Position numbers and translations under genes: made by a program | Assembly: GCA_945861875.1 (NCBI GenBank) | Contig: CAMAWC010000008.1 | Span: forward strand, 4,766 to 68,765 | Length of the DNA stretch: 64,000 nucleotides | Direction: 5' to 3' | Source: Bordetella parapertussis | GTDB taxonomy: Bacteria > Pseudomonadota > Gammaproteobacteria > Burkholderiales > SG8-39 | In this document: piece after piece, positions 27,443-36,767 of the stretch | How the letters are laid out: each line of letters opens with the position of its first letter | How positions within the stretch are numbered: the stretch's first letter is position 1 | Notes under the pieces: generated by a model | Database searches by the model: none | Told to the model about the DNA's origin: nothing | Seen by the model: only the letters and a program-made list of their open reading frames with translations

Positions 27443-28321
27443 TTAGGCCTCCCATTGCGCTTTCATCTCGGAAGCAAAGTCTGCATATGAACGCGGCCTC
27501 CGACCCAAGAGTTCAGTCATCTTGTCCACATCTGCAGAAGTTGCAACCATGCCGTCCGAGCAAAAGCGATCAAGCATCAGTCGCATGTCCATCGCCATCC
27601 AACTTGGGGCGTGTTGGGCCAACCTCGCCTCGAATGGCGCCGTATCACTCCCCGTGTAGGTAACTTGTTTATTCAGCGTCGCTGACCAAATCTTTGCGAT
27701 ACTGGGTCCGGTGAGTGCATCTGGACCAATTAGGTTGATGATCTCGTTAGGCAATGTTTGAGACGAACGTTCACGTTTCAACACAGCCTGCGCTGCAATT
27801 TCGCCAATGTCGCGCACATCTACCATAGAAACACCCTTATCGCCAATCGGAAAGGGGTACAGGCCAGGACCCATCAACGCATCCTTGAAATACGCGGCAT
27901 CGTTCTGCATGAAGCAGTTGGGGCGCAGGATGGTGGCAGGTATTCCCGCTTGCGCAATCATCCGTTCGACGGCGTACTTGGATGTGAAGTGCGGTACGTC
28001 GGTGAACGACTCAGCATTGAAAACTGAAAAATAGACAAGGCGCTCGATGCCGGCTTCGCGCGCCAGGTTGAGCGTGAGTACCGCTTCGGTCAACTCTTGG
28101 GTTGATACAGCATTGAGCAAGAACAGCGTGTTCACCCCTTTAAGGGCTTTGCGCATGGAATCCACATCCAGCATGTCACCTGCCACAGCTGTAACTCCGT
28201 TTGGAAATTTAGCCTTGCTCGGGTCACGCGTCAGGGCGTTCACAGCCACATGGTGACTCGCAAGTTGTTGTACCAGTGACGTGCCAATGGTTCCGGTCGC
28301 GCCTGTGATGAGTATGGTCAT
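27443..28321 (-). CDS. NmrA-family NAD(P)-binding protein
   Basis: Start MTILITGATGTIGTSLVQQL at ATG 28321, after an AAGGAAA RBS. The track ORF has 24 extra N-terminal codons. Confidence 0.85.
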   Translation of the reverse strand: MTILITGATGTIGTSLVQQLASHHVAVNALTRDPSKAKFPNGVTAVAGDMLDVDSMRKALKGVNTLFLLNAVSTQELTEAVLTLNLAREAGIERLVYFSVFNAESFTDVPHFTSKYAVERMIAQAGIPATILRPNCFMQNDAAYFKDALMGPGLYPFPIGDKGVSMVDVRDIGEIAAQAVLKRERSSQTLPNEIINLIGPDALTGPSIAKIWSATLNKQVTYTGSDTAPFEARLAQHAPSWMAMDMRLMLDRFCSDGMVATSADVDKMTELLGRRPRSYADFASEMKAQWEA

Positions 28322-28440
28322 GTCGTTTTCCTTTTCGATATTCAGCGCAGGAGAAACCTGAACGCTGAAAGAATGATAGTGTGAAAAAATCACAACGACA
28401 CACCTGAAAATAAGACGATCCGTCCCAAATATGGAACCTT

Positions 28441-29340
28441 ATGAACCTTGATGATTTGTCTGACTTTCTATTGGTTGCTTCGCATAAAGGGTTCGCCCAA
28501 GCAAGCCGTAAAAGCGGACGACCAAAGGCAAGCCTGTCTCGCAAGGTGATGGCTTTGGAGTCAGCCTTGGGGGTCAGGCTGTTTGAGCGTGGCGCAAAGA
28601 CGATTAGGTTGACAGCGGAAGGCACTTCGCTGTTTGAACGAACCAGCGGTCCTTTTAGAGAGATTGCTGAAGCGGGAGAAGTGTTGCGGGATGGACAGAC
28701 TCAGCCTCACGGTCTGCTGAGAATAAGTGCTCCAACTTTATTGGGTCAGTTGTTGATGGGTCGCATTGCAGCGCAATTCACAATGGCCTACCCGAAGGTC
28801 AGACTGTCAATCAACCTTGAAGATCGTCAGGTGGATCTGGTAAGTGAAGGCTATGACCTCGTCATTCGGGTCAATCCTGAACCAAGCTCTGAACTCGTTG
28901 GTCGCTGCTTTGTAAAAGATCAGGTTCACATCGTCTCAACGCCTGAGCTAAAAAAACGATATGTCCGTGCCGGCCAAAAATCGCAAAGTCTTCTGCCCGT
29001 TATTGTTCGTGAATCTCAGCGAAGTTCTGGAAGTTGGCGAATTTTAGGACCGACGACCAAGGAGATACCGACGCAAACGGTATTGCAACTTCCGCTTTTA
29101 GTCATGATTCGTGATGCCGCACTGACGGGGCTTGGTGCTGCAAAACTTCCGAATCTTGTTGTCGCCGATGATTTGAAGGCCGGTCGACTCGTTTCATGGG
29201 GCGCCGCGAGCGATCAACCTTCAGAATTGTGGGTGCTTCATACGTCAAGGCGCTTACCTAGCGCAAAGGTCAAGGCCTTCATCAATTTTCTAGAAACTGA
29301 GTTTGATAAAGCTACTTCTTGGTCGATCAAAAAAGCGTAA
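28441..29340 (+). CDS. LysR-family transcriptional regulator, divergent from the NmrA gene
   Basis: 299 aa with HTH MNLDDLSDFLLVASHKGFAQASRKSGRPKASLSRKVMALE. Confidence 0.9.
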   Translation: MNLDDLSDFLLVASHKGFAQASRKSGRPKASLSRKVMALESALGVRLFERGAKTIRLTAEGTSLFERTSGPFREIAEAGEVLRDGQTQPHGLLRISAPTLLGQLLMGRIAAQFTMAYPKVRLSINLEDRQVDLVSEGYDLVIRVNPEPSSELVGRCFVKDQVHIVSTPELKKRYVRAGQKSQSLLPVIVRESQRSSGSWRILGPTTKEIPTQTVLQLPLLVMIRDAALTGLGAAKLPNLVVADDLKAGRLVSWGAASDQPSELWVLHTSRRLPSAKVKAFINFLETEFDKATSWSIKKA

Positions 29341-29670
29341 AACTCAGTTTAATCGGTACGGATAACAACCGGATCAACCGGCTCTACAGCCAAGCCCCAT
29401 GGCAATAGTTGGTGCCACCCTCGCGAACGCCAGGCTGAGCAGCAGCGTGCTGAAAGGGCCCCATTTAACCGAACACTACTGGTCAGAATTATCGTTACAG
29501 AAATTGCAGATTTATTTTCTTCTACGAGATTGCGGATGCTATTATTTAAGCATGAGATCCCAACTCCAACGCCTTCAAGAGGCGAATAGCCCCACACCCG
29601 ATCAATCGGGTGTGAGGCTCTTGCGGACCGCCTCGAACGACGACTTCGACACCACTCACTTCGCCTACTG

Positions 29671-30471
29671 ATGTCCGACATCACGCAGCGAACCACGTCG
29701 GCGAAGGAATCCTTGTCGCTAACCAGAACCCAGTTCGGGATTGTCTGCTTTGCCTTCATTGCCAATCTGGTGTTCATTCCCACGATATCGACCCATGTCA
29801 CTTACGGCAAATGGGGCATTCATTCGACCGCGACTTACCTACCTGATTCCCTAGTGTCTTTCCTGGGGTTCACCGTTTCTTCGTACACTTTGATTACGTG
29901 GCATGCGGCGGCGGCCTTAACGCTCGCAGCCGCAATGTTTGCTCAATTCGTTCTGGCTCATCGCAAGGTGCGATCGGACAGTGCCATAGCCGCCCACAGG
30001 ACACTCGGGCCGATCATTCTGTGCACTCTGTTGCCCGCATTCCTCCTGTTTTCTTTGTCGTTGAGCCTGCTTGTAATCCAAACCCCGTTTAATCGCGTGA
30101 TGTTCACCGTACTTCCGGTGATGATCCTCTACGCCATCTTCCGAGCACTAGTAGGTCTTCGGCGTGGTGACCGGGATCTACACGCCGATTCGATGTTCCT
30201 AGCCTTCATACTCCTAGAGTCGGCGCCGATCTACCGCACGTCGATGTTCGTGTTCACATGGTTAGGCGAACCGCTGCTGGCACAGAACGGTGAACCAGTT
30301 AACGAGGGCGCACTTATTCGCACCCTGATTGTGCTCGCGCTGCTGACGCTCGGATATTGGTCCTGCCGTCGGCTGCGCCGAAACCTGTTTCCATTGGCGC
30401 TTCTTGGTTCTGTGTTGGCGCTCTCACTAGCACTGCTACCGTGGTCACTCGCCGGCGCACCGTACTGGTGA
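29671..30471 (+). CDS. Polytopic inner-membrane protein of unknown function (possibly DUF2306-like)
   Basis: 266 aa with six or more hydrophobic helices. The segment WHAAAALTLAAAMFAQFVLAHRKVR...AAHRTLGPI loosely recalls DUF2306. No confident family call. Confidence 0.5.
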   Translation: MSDITQRTTSAKESLSLTRTQFGIVCFAFIANLVFIPTISTHVTYGKWGIHSTATYLPDSLVSFLGFTVSSYTLITWHAAAALTLAAAMFAQFVLAHRKVRSDSAIAAHRTLGPIILCTLLPAFLLFSLSLSLLVIQTPFNRVMFTVLPVMILYAIFRALVGLRRGDRDLHADSMFLAFILLESAPIYRTSMFVFTWLGEPLLAQNGEPVNEGALIRTLIVLALLTLGYWSCRRLRRNLFPLALLGSVLALSLALLPWSLAGAPYW

Positions 30472-30615
30472 TCGCTCAGCTGCCTATGCCTGCGGGGCTC
30501 CACCTTGTTCACGCCACGCTCCACAGAAGTGGCCCCGCTTTTTTGAACAGAGCTATAAGTGGAAACTCCGGGCATTATGCTGGGCCGAATACGGTCTGGC
30601 GAGAAGGAGTATTTT

Positions 30616-30933
30616 ATGGTCAAGAAGAAGGCATCTGGCCGGCGTACACGGCGTACCCACAACCCATCGTTCAAGGCCCGCGTAGCCCTGGCAGCGCTGC
30701 GCGAGGACAAGACGTTGGCCCAATTGTGCGAACAATTCGAGTTGCACCCGAACCAGATCAGCGAATGGAAACGGCAGTTGCTGGAACGGGCAGCGGAGGT
30801 GTTTGATGCTGGTGGGCGCGAGGAGCCGGTGAACCTTGCGCCGCTGCACGCCAAGATTGGGCAGTTGGCGGTGGAGAATGATTTTTTAGAGGGCGCGCTC
30901 ACCAAGGCGGGATTGCTGAGCGCAAAGCCATGA
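30616..30933 (+). CDS. IS3-family transposase OrfA (HTH)
   Basis: Start [57 protein letters not shown] at ATG 30616, after an AAGGAG RBS. Confidence 0.8.
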   Translation: MVKKKASGRRTRRTHNPSFKARVALAALREDKTLAQLCEQFELHPNQISEWKRQLLERAAEVFDAGGREEPVNLAPLHAKIGQLAVENDFLEGALTKAGLLSAKP

Positions 30934-31165
30934 TCGACCGGGAACACAAACTGAGTATTACAGCCCAAGCGAGCCTGCTCAAGATCAGCCGGGGGACGGT
31001 CTACTACCTGCCCCAACCGGTCGGTCCGGCAGACCTGGCGCTCATGCGCCGGATTGACCAGTTGCACCTTGAGCATCCGTTCATGGGAGCGCGCATGCTG
31101 CGCGACCAACTGGACAGGCAGGGCATCCATGTGGGGCGGCGTCATGTCAGAACGCTGATGCTTCG
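30930..31165 (+). pseudogene. IS3-family transposase OrfB, 5' fragment only
   Basis: [77 protein letters not shown] is the HTH_21 region. IS3-like sequence ends just after TLM, and the integrase catalytic domain is missing. Confidence 0.7.
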
Positions 31166-31246
31166 CCATCCTTCCTTTATCGGGGAAGATGCGGTAGTGG
31201 CGCAGCCAGCAAGAACGACAACGGCAAGTATGCAGGGTTTGTTCAT
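31142..31246 (-). pseudogene. 5' stub of a lipoprotein gene, truncated at the IS3 junction
   Basis: Minus-strand ATG at 31246 after an AGAGG RBS encodes MNKPCILAVVVLAGCATTASSPIKEGW (signal peptide with LAGC lipobox). It then runs into the IS3 orfB remnant and stops. Confidence 0.4.
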
Positions 31247-31403
31247 GTCAAACCTCTGAGCCTGAGTATGAGACGGGAAGCGTACCCCTTAAAACGCCTG
31301 TTGGGAATTAGCGGTTGGTATGGTTTAAGTAATAGTAAATTGCCAGCCGAACGTTTGTTCGTCGCGGTTGGCATCACAGGGGAGGCGAAGGCAAGCGCCC
31401 CAA

Positions 31404-31427
31404 TAAAAAACCCGCCGAAGCGGGTTA
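31404..31427 (-). terminator. Rho-independent terminator after the RelE-like gene
   Basis: The minus strand reads TAA-CCCGCTTCGGCGGG-TTTTTT immediately at the stop codon. Confidence 0.65.
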
Positions 31428-31721
31428 TTCTGGGTTCTTGTCTATCCAGTCGTGTAGGCCGACACGGCGCATTTTTGCTACCCCGTTTTCTATTGTGAAA
31501 CTTGCTTTGTATTTATCGTCTGCCGTGACATGAACCGTCCAAATACCGTCAAATCCTTCAAGTTTGTGGAAATGAAGTTTGGCTGGCATTTTTTCACATA
31601 GAGTCATTTCGCCGATAAGTTTTCTGGCTTCCTTCTGCACCTGCGGGGTTAGCTTTTTCCAGCTACTAGTAAAACTGTCCGCGCCAAAATCTACCGCCGT
31701 TAAAATATACTTGGGCGGCAT
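31425..31721 (-). CDS. RelE/ParE-superfamily toxin-like protein
   Basis: 98 aa. KLHFHKLEGFDGIWTVHVTADDKYKASFTIENGVAKMRRVGLHDWID follows the RelE/HigB-type pattern lH.L.G...g.ws..v....r..f.......l..vg.Hd. The start codon directly abuts the upstream stop (TGA ATG). Confidence 0.5.
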   Translation of the reverse strand: MPPKYILTAVDFGADSFTSSWKKLTPQVQKEARKLIGEMTLCEKMPAKLHFHKLEGFDGIWTVHVTADDKYKASFTIENGVAKMRRVGLHDWIDKNPE

Positions 31722-32237
31722 TCACAGGGTTTCTAAGTACGCCTCAATATCCTTGGCGCTCGAAAATATAGCGCCCTCTTTATGCCCCGAGAGATCAGCA
31801 TCATGTTCGCCCAACGCCCAATGCAACTCGGTCATTAGATTGTGAAGCTCAGCAACCGCGCTAATCGCGGCTACGTACTCGTCAACAACAGCCTCCTTGT
31901 GGTCCCCTTCGAGCTCAGGGGCTTTTTGAGCGGCATTTTGTTTGTTGACCAAAAGTTGATGGAGACCGCGAAGCCCGCCCTCAGTTTCTTCGAATAGTGT
32001 CCCGAGCGTCCCGTCCAGATCAATCGGCTTGACGCGATCACAGGCCTTGAGGTGGTCAACCGCCTTTTGAGCAAACTCAGCATCGGCCTTGGCTCGGCTT
32101 TGCAACCAAGACAGCCAATCGACCGTCTGTTCAATCGCTTTGAGCAAGCGAATGTTTTTGGTCGTTGATTCCGACACGGACTCGCAGAACTGGCGAACTT
32201 CTGCTGGCGCGGCAGTACATGCGTGCATTACGTTCAT
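31722..32237 (-). CDS. 171-aa all-helical protein, putative cognate partner (antitoxin position) of the RelE-like gene
   Basis: ATG at 32237 (MNVMHACTAAPAEVRQF...); the track ORF starts at TTG 32285. I recognise no HTH, RHH or AbrB motif. Acidic C-terminus AIFSSAKDIEAYLETL. Positioned for translational coupling to the toxin-like gene. Confidence 0.5.
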   Translation of the reverse strand: MNVMHACTAAPAEVRQFCESVSESTTKNIRLLKAIEQTVDWLSWLQSRAKADAEFAQKAVDHLKACDRVKPIDLDGTLGTLFEETEGGLRGLHQLLVNKQNAAQKAPELEGDHKEAVVDEYVAAISAVAELHNLMTELHWALGEHDADLSGHKEGAIFSSAKDIEAYLETL

Positions 32238-32479
32238 AATGACCCCGTGACCCTTTCTGCTTGCTGATGTAGCCGCTCTTGTCAAAACCGAGCGAATTGC
32301 ATCTCCTCACCAAAGTATAACCCACGAATGTCCCATCACTAAATCTGGGACAGCACAGGAGGCGCTGTGGCAATTGCATGGTGCGGACCCCTTTTCGTTA
32401 GAAAAGTGGTGCACCTTAGCGTCACACTTATTTGAGGTAGCGCCCTAAATCAGATATTAATCCAGGTACTTACAGGCGC

Positions 32480-32572
32480 TGGCGGAGAGGGAGGGATTCG
32501 AACCCTCGATACGGTTTTTGACCATATACGCCCTTAGCAGGGGCGCGCCTTCGACCACTCGGCCACCTCTCC
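32480..32572 (-). tRNA. tRNA-Ser (anticodon GCT)
   Basis: The minus strand reads GGAGAGGTGGCCGAGTGGTCGAAGGCGCGCCCCTGCTAAGGGCGTATATGGTCAAAAACCGTATCGAGGGTTCGAATCCCTCCCTCTCCGCCA. It has a 7-bp acceptor stem, a long variable arm, a T-loop GGTTCGAATCC, an anticodon loop CTGCTAA and an encoded CCA. Confidence 0.95.
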
Positions 32573-32612
32573 CAAACTTCACAAGCTTGATATTTTACCG
32601 TACTGCGCCCGA

Positions 32613-33839
32613 CTATGCCGCCTGATCGAGCCCAAAAGCCTTGTGCAGCACGCGCACACCGAGCTCCATGTATTTTTCATCGACCACCACCGAAATCTTG
32701 ATCTCGGAGGTCGAGATCATGAGGATATTGATGCCCTCCTCGGACAGGGTGCGGAACATCTGGCTGGCAATGCCCACGTGCGAGCGCATGCCAACGCCGA
32801 CCATCGACACCTTGCAGATCTTGTTGTCACCGACGATGGCACGGGCGCCGATGTGCGATTTGACCTTTTCCAGGATGGCCATGGCGCCGGCGTAGTCGTT
32901 ACGATGCACGGTGAAGGAAAAATCGGTCATGCCGTCGTTGCCGGCGTTCTGGATGATCATGTCGACGTCGATGTTCGCGTCGGCCACCGGGCCGAGGATC
33001 TGGTAGGCGATGCCCGGCCGATCGGGAACCCCCATCACGGTCAGCTTGGCCTCATCGCGGTTAAAGGCGATACCTGAAATGACGGCTTGTTCCATTTTTT
33101 CATCTTCCTCAAAAGTGATCAGCGTTCCCTCGCCCTCGTCCTCGAAACTCGAGAGCACGCGCAAGCGCACCTTGTATTTCCCGGCAAACTCGACTGCGCG
33201 TATCTGCAGCACCTTGGAGCCCAGGCTGGCCATTTCGAGCATTTCCTCGAAGGTCACGGTCTTGAGGCGTCTTGCCTCGGGCACGATGCGCGGGTCGGTG
33301 GTGTAGACGCCGTCGACATCGGTATAGATCTGGCACTCGTCGGCATGCAAGGCGGCGGCCAGCGCCACACCGGTGGTGTCGGAACCTCCACGGCCCAGTG
33401 TCGTAATATTGCCAACTTCGTCGATTCCTTGGAATCCGGCCACCACCACCACCGCGCCCTGTTTTAGGTCGGCGCGCATGCGCTGGTCGTCGATGCGCAG
33501 GATGCGCGCCTTGGTAAAGGCACTGCTGGTGACGATCCTGACCTGGGCACCAGTATAGCTTTTGGCCGCCACCCCAAGATCCTTGAGCGCCATGCACAAC
33601 AAGCCGATGGTCACCTGCTCTCCGGTGGAAATCACCACGTCAAGCTCGCGCGCATCGGGATTGGCCTGAACCTCCTTGGCAAGGGCGATCAGGCGGTTGG
33701 TCTCACCACTCATGGCCGAGACCACTACCACCACCTGGTGCCCTTGGGCGCGGGTGCGGGCAACGCGCTTGGCGACATTCCTGATGCGCTCAGGGCTGCC
33801 AACCGAGGTGCCACCGTATTTTTGGACGATTAATGACAT
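32613..33839 (-). CDS. lysC: Aspartate kinase
   Basis: [26 protein letters not shown]...[14 protein letters not shown], with tandem ACT domains at the C-terminus. ATG at 33839 is preferred over the track start at 33857. Confidence 0.93.
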   Translation of the reverse strand: MSLIVQKYGGTSVGSPERIRNVAKRVARTRAQGHQVVVVVSAMSGETNRLIALAKEVQANPDARELDVVISTGEQVTIGLLCMALKDLGVAAKSYTGAQVRIVTSSAFTKARILRIDDQRMRADLKQGAVVVVAGFQGIDEVGNITTLGRGGSDTTGVALAAALHADECQIYTDVDGVYTTDPRIVPEARRLKTVTFEEMLEMASLGSKVLQIRAVEFAGKYKVRLRVLSSFEDEGEGTLITFEEDEKMEQAVISGIAFNRDEAKLTVMGVPDRPGIAYQILGPVADANIDVDMIIQNAGNDGMTDFSFTVHRNDYAGAMAILEKVKSHIGARAIVGDNKICKVSMVGVGMRSHVGIASQMFRTLSEEGINILMISTSEIKISVVVDEKYMELGVRVLHKAFGLDQAA

Positions 33840-33998
33840 AAAAGGTGTGCTCAACAAAGCCTTGCATTCTATTCGATTTCACCCTTTACTTCAAAGTCTT
33901 GTGACTTATTTCACACTTTTTGGCGCTGGCACGCTCCGTGCTGATGTGCTTGGCCAAGGCAGCACAATTTAATTTGTCATTTCATTACGGAGCGAACC

Positions 33999-34322
33999 AT
34001 GAAGCTGTTGGAAGCGATCATCAACCCTCGCGAAATCCGCCGCCGTCTCGGGCTGAATCAGGAAGAGTTCTGGACGCAGATCGGCGTCACGCAGAGCGGC
34101 GGCTCGCGCTATGAAAGCGGCCGCGCCATGCCCAAGCCGGTGTGCGAGTTGTTGCGCCTGGTCCATGTCGAAAAAATAGATTTGTCGAGTGTGAAAAAAG
34201 AGGATTTCGAGGTCATCGCCTTCCTCAAGTCGACCCACCCCGACCTGTACCGCAACTTGCGCAAGGCCGTCCGCGCCCGCAGCAACGGCAAAAGAACGCC
34301 ATTGGATGAATCACTGAACTAG
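33999..34322 (+). CDS. XRE-family helix-turn-helix DNA-binding protein
   Basis: 107 aa with the HTH IRRRLGLNQEEFWTQIGVTQSGGSRYESGR. Confidence 0.7.
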   Translation: MKLLEAIINPREIRRRLGLNQEEFWTQIGVTQSGGSRYESGRAMPKPVCELLRLVHVEKIDLSSVKKEDFEVIAFLKSTHPDLYRNLRKAVRARSNGKRTPLDESLN

Positions 34323-34629
34323 CGACTCTGGCAGTCGCGGCCACTGTGGCGTGCCGCTGACGAACCGCGCCCCCGCAGGCGCTGTCGTGCCATCGCCAGC
34401 GATGACGCGGGGCGAATGACTTTGGCGCGGTGCGCTGAGACTCCAACTGACGAAGGGTTGTCCCTTTGCCAGCTTTTCAAGACTGGTGAAATCGACCACT
34501 CTGCCACGCTTCCCCTCGGTTGCCACCCGCCCCCCGCATTACCCTTTGTAATACATAGCATTTTTTGCTTGGGCACTATTTGACCGCGCTTGCAACTTTT
34601 GCGCTTTTAACCTAGTCTAAACGCCTGTC

Positions 34630-34658
34630 ACAGCAACGCTACTGTTACAGCAACGCTA
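34630..34658 (+). repeat. Direct duplication ACAGCAACGCTA x2 (17-bp period) just upstream of the RBS of the BI-1 family gene
   Basis: Copies at 34630-34641 and 34647-34658, read directly. The AGGAGG RBS follows at 34662. Confidence 0.4.
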
Positions 34659-34672
34659 ACCAGGAGGTCTAC

Positions 34673-35386
34673 GTGCAACCAGAAATGCAACCGGTCCAGA
34701 ACCCGCTTTCCCTTTCCGGCGGTGGCGTCGACGACTTGGCATTGCGCCAGCACAAGGTGCTGCGCAACACCTACATGCTGCTCGCGCTCACACTCATCCC
34801 GACCGCCATCGGCGCGGCCATCGGCAGCAACATCAACATGGGCTTCATGCGCTCCAGTCCCATCGTCTCGTTCATCGCCATCATGGCGGTGTTCTACGGT
34901 TGGATCTGGGCGATCGAGAAAAACCGCGAGTCATCGCTTGGCGTCGCCCTGCTGCTCGGCTTCACCCTGTTCCTTGGCGTGCTGCTCGGCCCGCTGCTGC
35001 AAAGCGTGCTGGGGCTCAAGAACGGCGGGCAACTGGTGATGATGGCCGCCGGCGGCACGGCTGCGGTGTTCGCAGTGATGTCGGGCATCGCCACCACAAC
35101 CAAGCGTGACCTTAGCGGCATGAGCAGCTTCCTCACCATTGGCGTGGTGGTCATCATGCTTGCGGTGGTGGCCAACCTGTTCTTCGCCAGCCCCGTGCTG
35201 CACCTCGCGATCCTGTCCGGTTTTGTGCTGCTCTCCTCGGCCATGATCCTGTGGCAGATCAACAGCATCGTCAAGGGCGGCGAGACCAACTACATCTCGG
35301 CGACGTTGACCCTGTACATTTCGGTCTACAACCTGTTCTCCAGCCTGCTGCAACTGCTGGGCATCATCGGCGGCGACCGCGACTGA
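34673..35386 (+). CDS. Bax inhibitor-1/YccA family membrane protein
   Basis: 237 aa with a GTG start 5 nt after AGGAGG. LRNTYMLLALTLIPTAIGA and seven hydrophobic helices are typical of the BI-1/YccA family. Confidence 0.85.
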   Translation: MQPEMQPVQNPLSLSGGGVDDLALRQHKVLRNTYMLLALTLIPTAIGAAIGSNINMGFMRSSPIVSFIAIMAVFYGWIWAIEKNRESSLGVALLLGFTLFLGVLLGPLLQSVLGLKNGGQLVMMAAGGTAAVFAVMSGIATTTKRDLSGMSSFLTIGVVVIMLAVVANLFFASPVLHLAILSGFVLLSSAMILWQINSIVKGGETNYISATLTLYISVYNLFSSLLQLLGIIGGDRD

Positions 35387-35402
35387 CGCGTACTGCCGGA
35401 AC

Positions 35403-35432
35403 AAAAAAGGCGGCGCGAGCCGCCTTTTTTTT
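35403..35432. terminator. Bidirectional rho-independent terminator between convergent genes
   Basis: AAAAAA-GGCGGC-GCGA-GCCGCC-TTTTTTTT. Confidence 0.75.
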
Positions 35433-35444
35433 GCCCTTTTTTTT

Positions 35445-36758
35445 CTACACCGGCCGGCGCGGACGCTCGAACAGCGCGATCGACTCGACGTGCGAGGTGT
35501 GCGGAAACATGTTGATCACGCCGGCCGCAACCAGTTCGTAGCCTTTTTCGTGCACCAGGAATCCGGCGTCGCGCGCCAGCGTCGCCGGATCGCAGGACAC
35601 ATAGACGATGCGCCAGGGACCGTCCTCGCCGATGGACTTGAGCAACTCGACCGCGCCCTCGCGCGGCGGGTCGATCAGCAGCTTGTCAAAGCGCGGCAGC
35701 GCCGCGCAGGATGCTTCGACAAACAGGTTGGCCACGGCGAAATGCGCCAGTGACGCCAGGCCGTTTTCCACCGCATTGCGCTCGCCCTTGCCTATCAGCT
35801 GTGCATTCACCTCCACGCCCAGCACCGCCGCACCGCAGGCGGCGATGGGCAGGGTGAAGTTGCCGAGGCCGCAAAACATGTCGCCGATGATCTCCCCCGG
35901 CCGCGGATCGAGCAGCGCCATGGCGCGCCTGACCATGACGCGGTTGACCGACTGGTTGACCTGGGTGAAGTCGGTGGGCGAAAACTCCAGGCTGACGCCG
36001 AATTCGGGCAGGGAATAATCCAGGCGCGGCGCATCCAGCGGCCAGAACGGCGCGGCCGTATCCGGCCCCTTGGGCTGCAGCCAGATCTGCACGCCGCGCG
36101 CCTCGGCAAAGGCGCGCAACAAGGCGGCATCGGCCTCGCCCACCGGCTCAAGGTTGCGCAGCACCAGCGCCGTGACGTGCTCGCCTATGGCCACTTCGAC
36201 TTGCGGCATGCGCTCGCGAATGGCCAGCGTGCCGATTAACTGGCGCAGCGGCATGAGCAGTGCCGACATCGCCGCGGGCAGCACCTCGCAACTGTTCATG
36301 TCGGCGACAAAACTGCTTTTGCGCTCGTGAAAACCCACCAGCACCGTGTCTTTCTTGACGACAAAACGCGAGGTCAGGCGCGCGCGCTGGCGGTAGCCCC
36401 AGGAGGTTCCGTGGATGGGCGAGAGCATGCGGCCGGCCCTGACCTTGCCGATATGCCACAGGTTGTCCTCGAGCACGCGCTGCTTGGCGGCGACCTGGGC
36501 GCGCGGTTCCAGGTGCTGCATCGAACAGCCGCCGCAAACGCCAAAGTGCGGGCATTGCGGCTCGACGCGCTCGCCGCTGGCCTGTTCGATCGACGTTGCC
36601 TGCGCCAGTTCGTAGTTGGGCTTTTTGCGATATGAGGCGAACTGCACCGTCTCGCCGGCCAGCGCGCCCTCTATGAAAATGGCCTTGCCCTCGACCCGCG
36701 CCACACCGCGGCCTTCCCGGTCGAGGGACTCCACAATTGCCGTCGTCATGGTGGTCAA
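35445..36758 (-). CDS. rlmD: 23S rRNA (uracil1939-C5)-methyltransferase
   Basis: 437 aa. TRAM domain at the N-terminus, an Fe-S cysteine cluster ([15 protein letters not shown]) and a SAM-methyltransferase C-terminus ([12 protein letters not shown]). Confidence 0.9.
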   Translation of the reverse strand: MTTMTTAIVESLDREGRGVARVEGKAIFIEGALAGETVQFASYRKKPNYELAQATSIEQASGERVEPQCPHFGVCGGCSMQHLEPRAQVAAKQRVLEDNLWHIGKVRAGRMLSPIHGTSWGYRQRARLTSRFVVKKDTVLVGFHERKSSFVADMNSCEVLPAAMSALLMPLRQLIGTLAIRERMPQVEVAIGEHVTALVLRNLEPVGEADAALLRAFAEARGVQIWLQPKGPDTAAPFWPLDAPRLDYSLPEFGVSLEFSPTDFTQVNQSVNRVMVRRAMALLDPRPGEIIGDMFCGLGNFTLPIAACGAAVLGVEVNAQLIGKGERNAVENGLASLAHFAVANLFVEASCAALPRFDKLLIDPPREGAVELLKSIGEDGPWRIVYVSCDPATLARDAGFLVHEKGYELVAAGVINMFPHTSHVESIALFERPRRPV

Positions 36759-36767
36759 ATCGGGCGC

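Larger units (their letters stand above)
30544..31165 (+). mobile_element. Truncated IS3-family insertion sequence (left end, orfA and the first ~78 codons of orfB only)
   Basis: orfA and orfB have the typical IS3 layout, with an ATGA overlap at 30930-30933. A TG-initiated candidate left inverted repeat lies near 30544 (TGAACAGAGCTATAAGTGGAAACTCC). No DDE core or right end is present. Confidence 0.7.
24540..32479. other. Lower-GC accessory island adjoining the 3' end of tRNA-Ser(GCT); no integrase retained
   Basis: Base composition drops visibly relative to both flanks. Content is accessory: two TA-like pairs, an IS3 remnant and a truncated lipoprotein gene. The right border is the tRNA 3' end at 32480. 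The left border is approximate. Confidence 0.6.

Noticed and set aside
29349-29801. 150-aa minus-strand ORF between the LysR gene and the membrane protein gene
   Set aside because: It overlaps the better-supported plus-strand membrane protein start, has Arg/Ser/Cys-rich composition, and has no motif or RBS.
30231-31169. 312-aa minus-strand ORF across the membrane protein gene and the IS3 remnant
   Set aside because: It is antisense to IS3 orfA/orfB and to the membrane protein gene, and its composition is low complexity.
33840-33998. Lysine riboswitch upstream of lysC
   Set aside because: I could not recognise the conserved L-box helices or core in the leader. The region is AT-rich promoter-like DNA shared with the divergent XRE gene.
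34311-34576. Minus-strand ORFs of 71-85 aa in the 350-bp gap after the XRE gene
   Set aside because: They have no RBS, an Arg/Ser-rich composition and mutually overlapping frames. The gap is better treated as non-coding.
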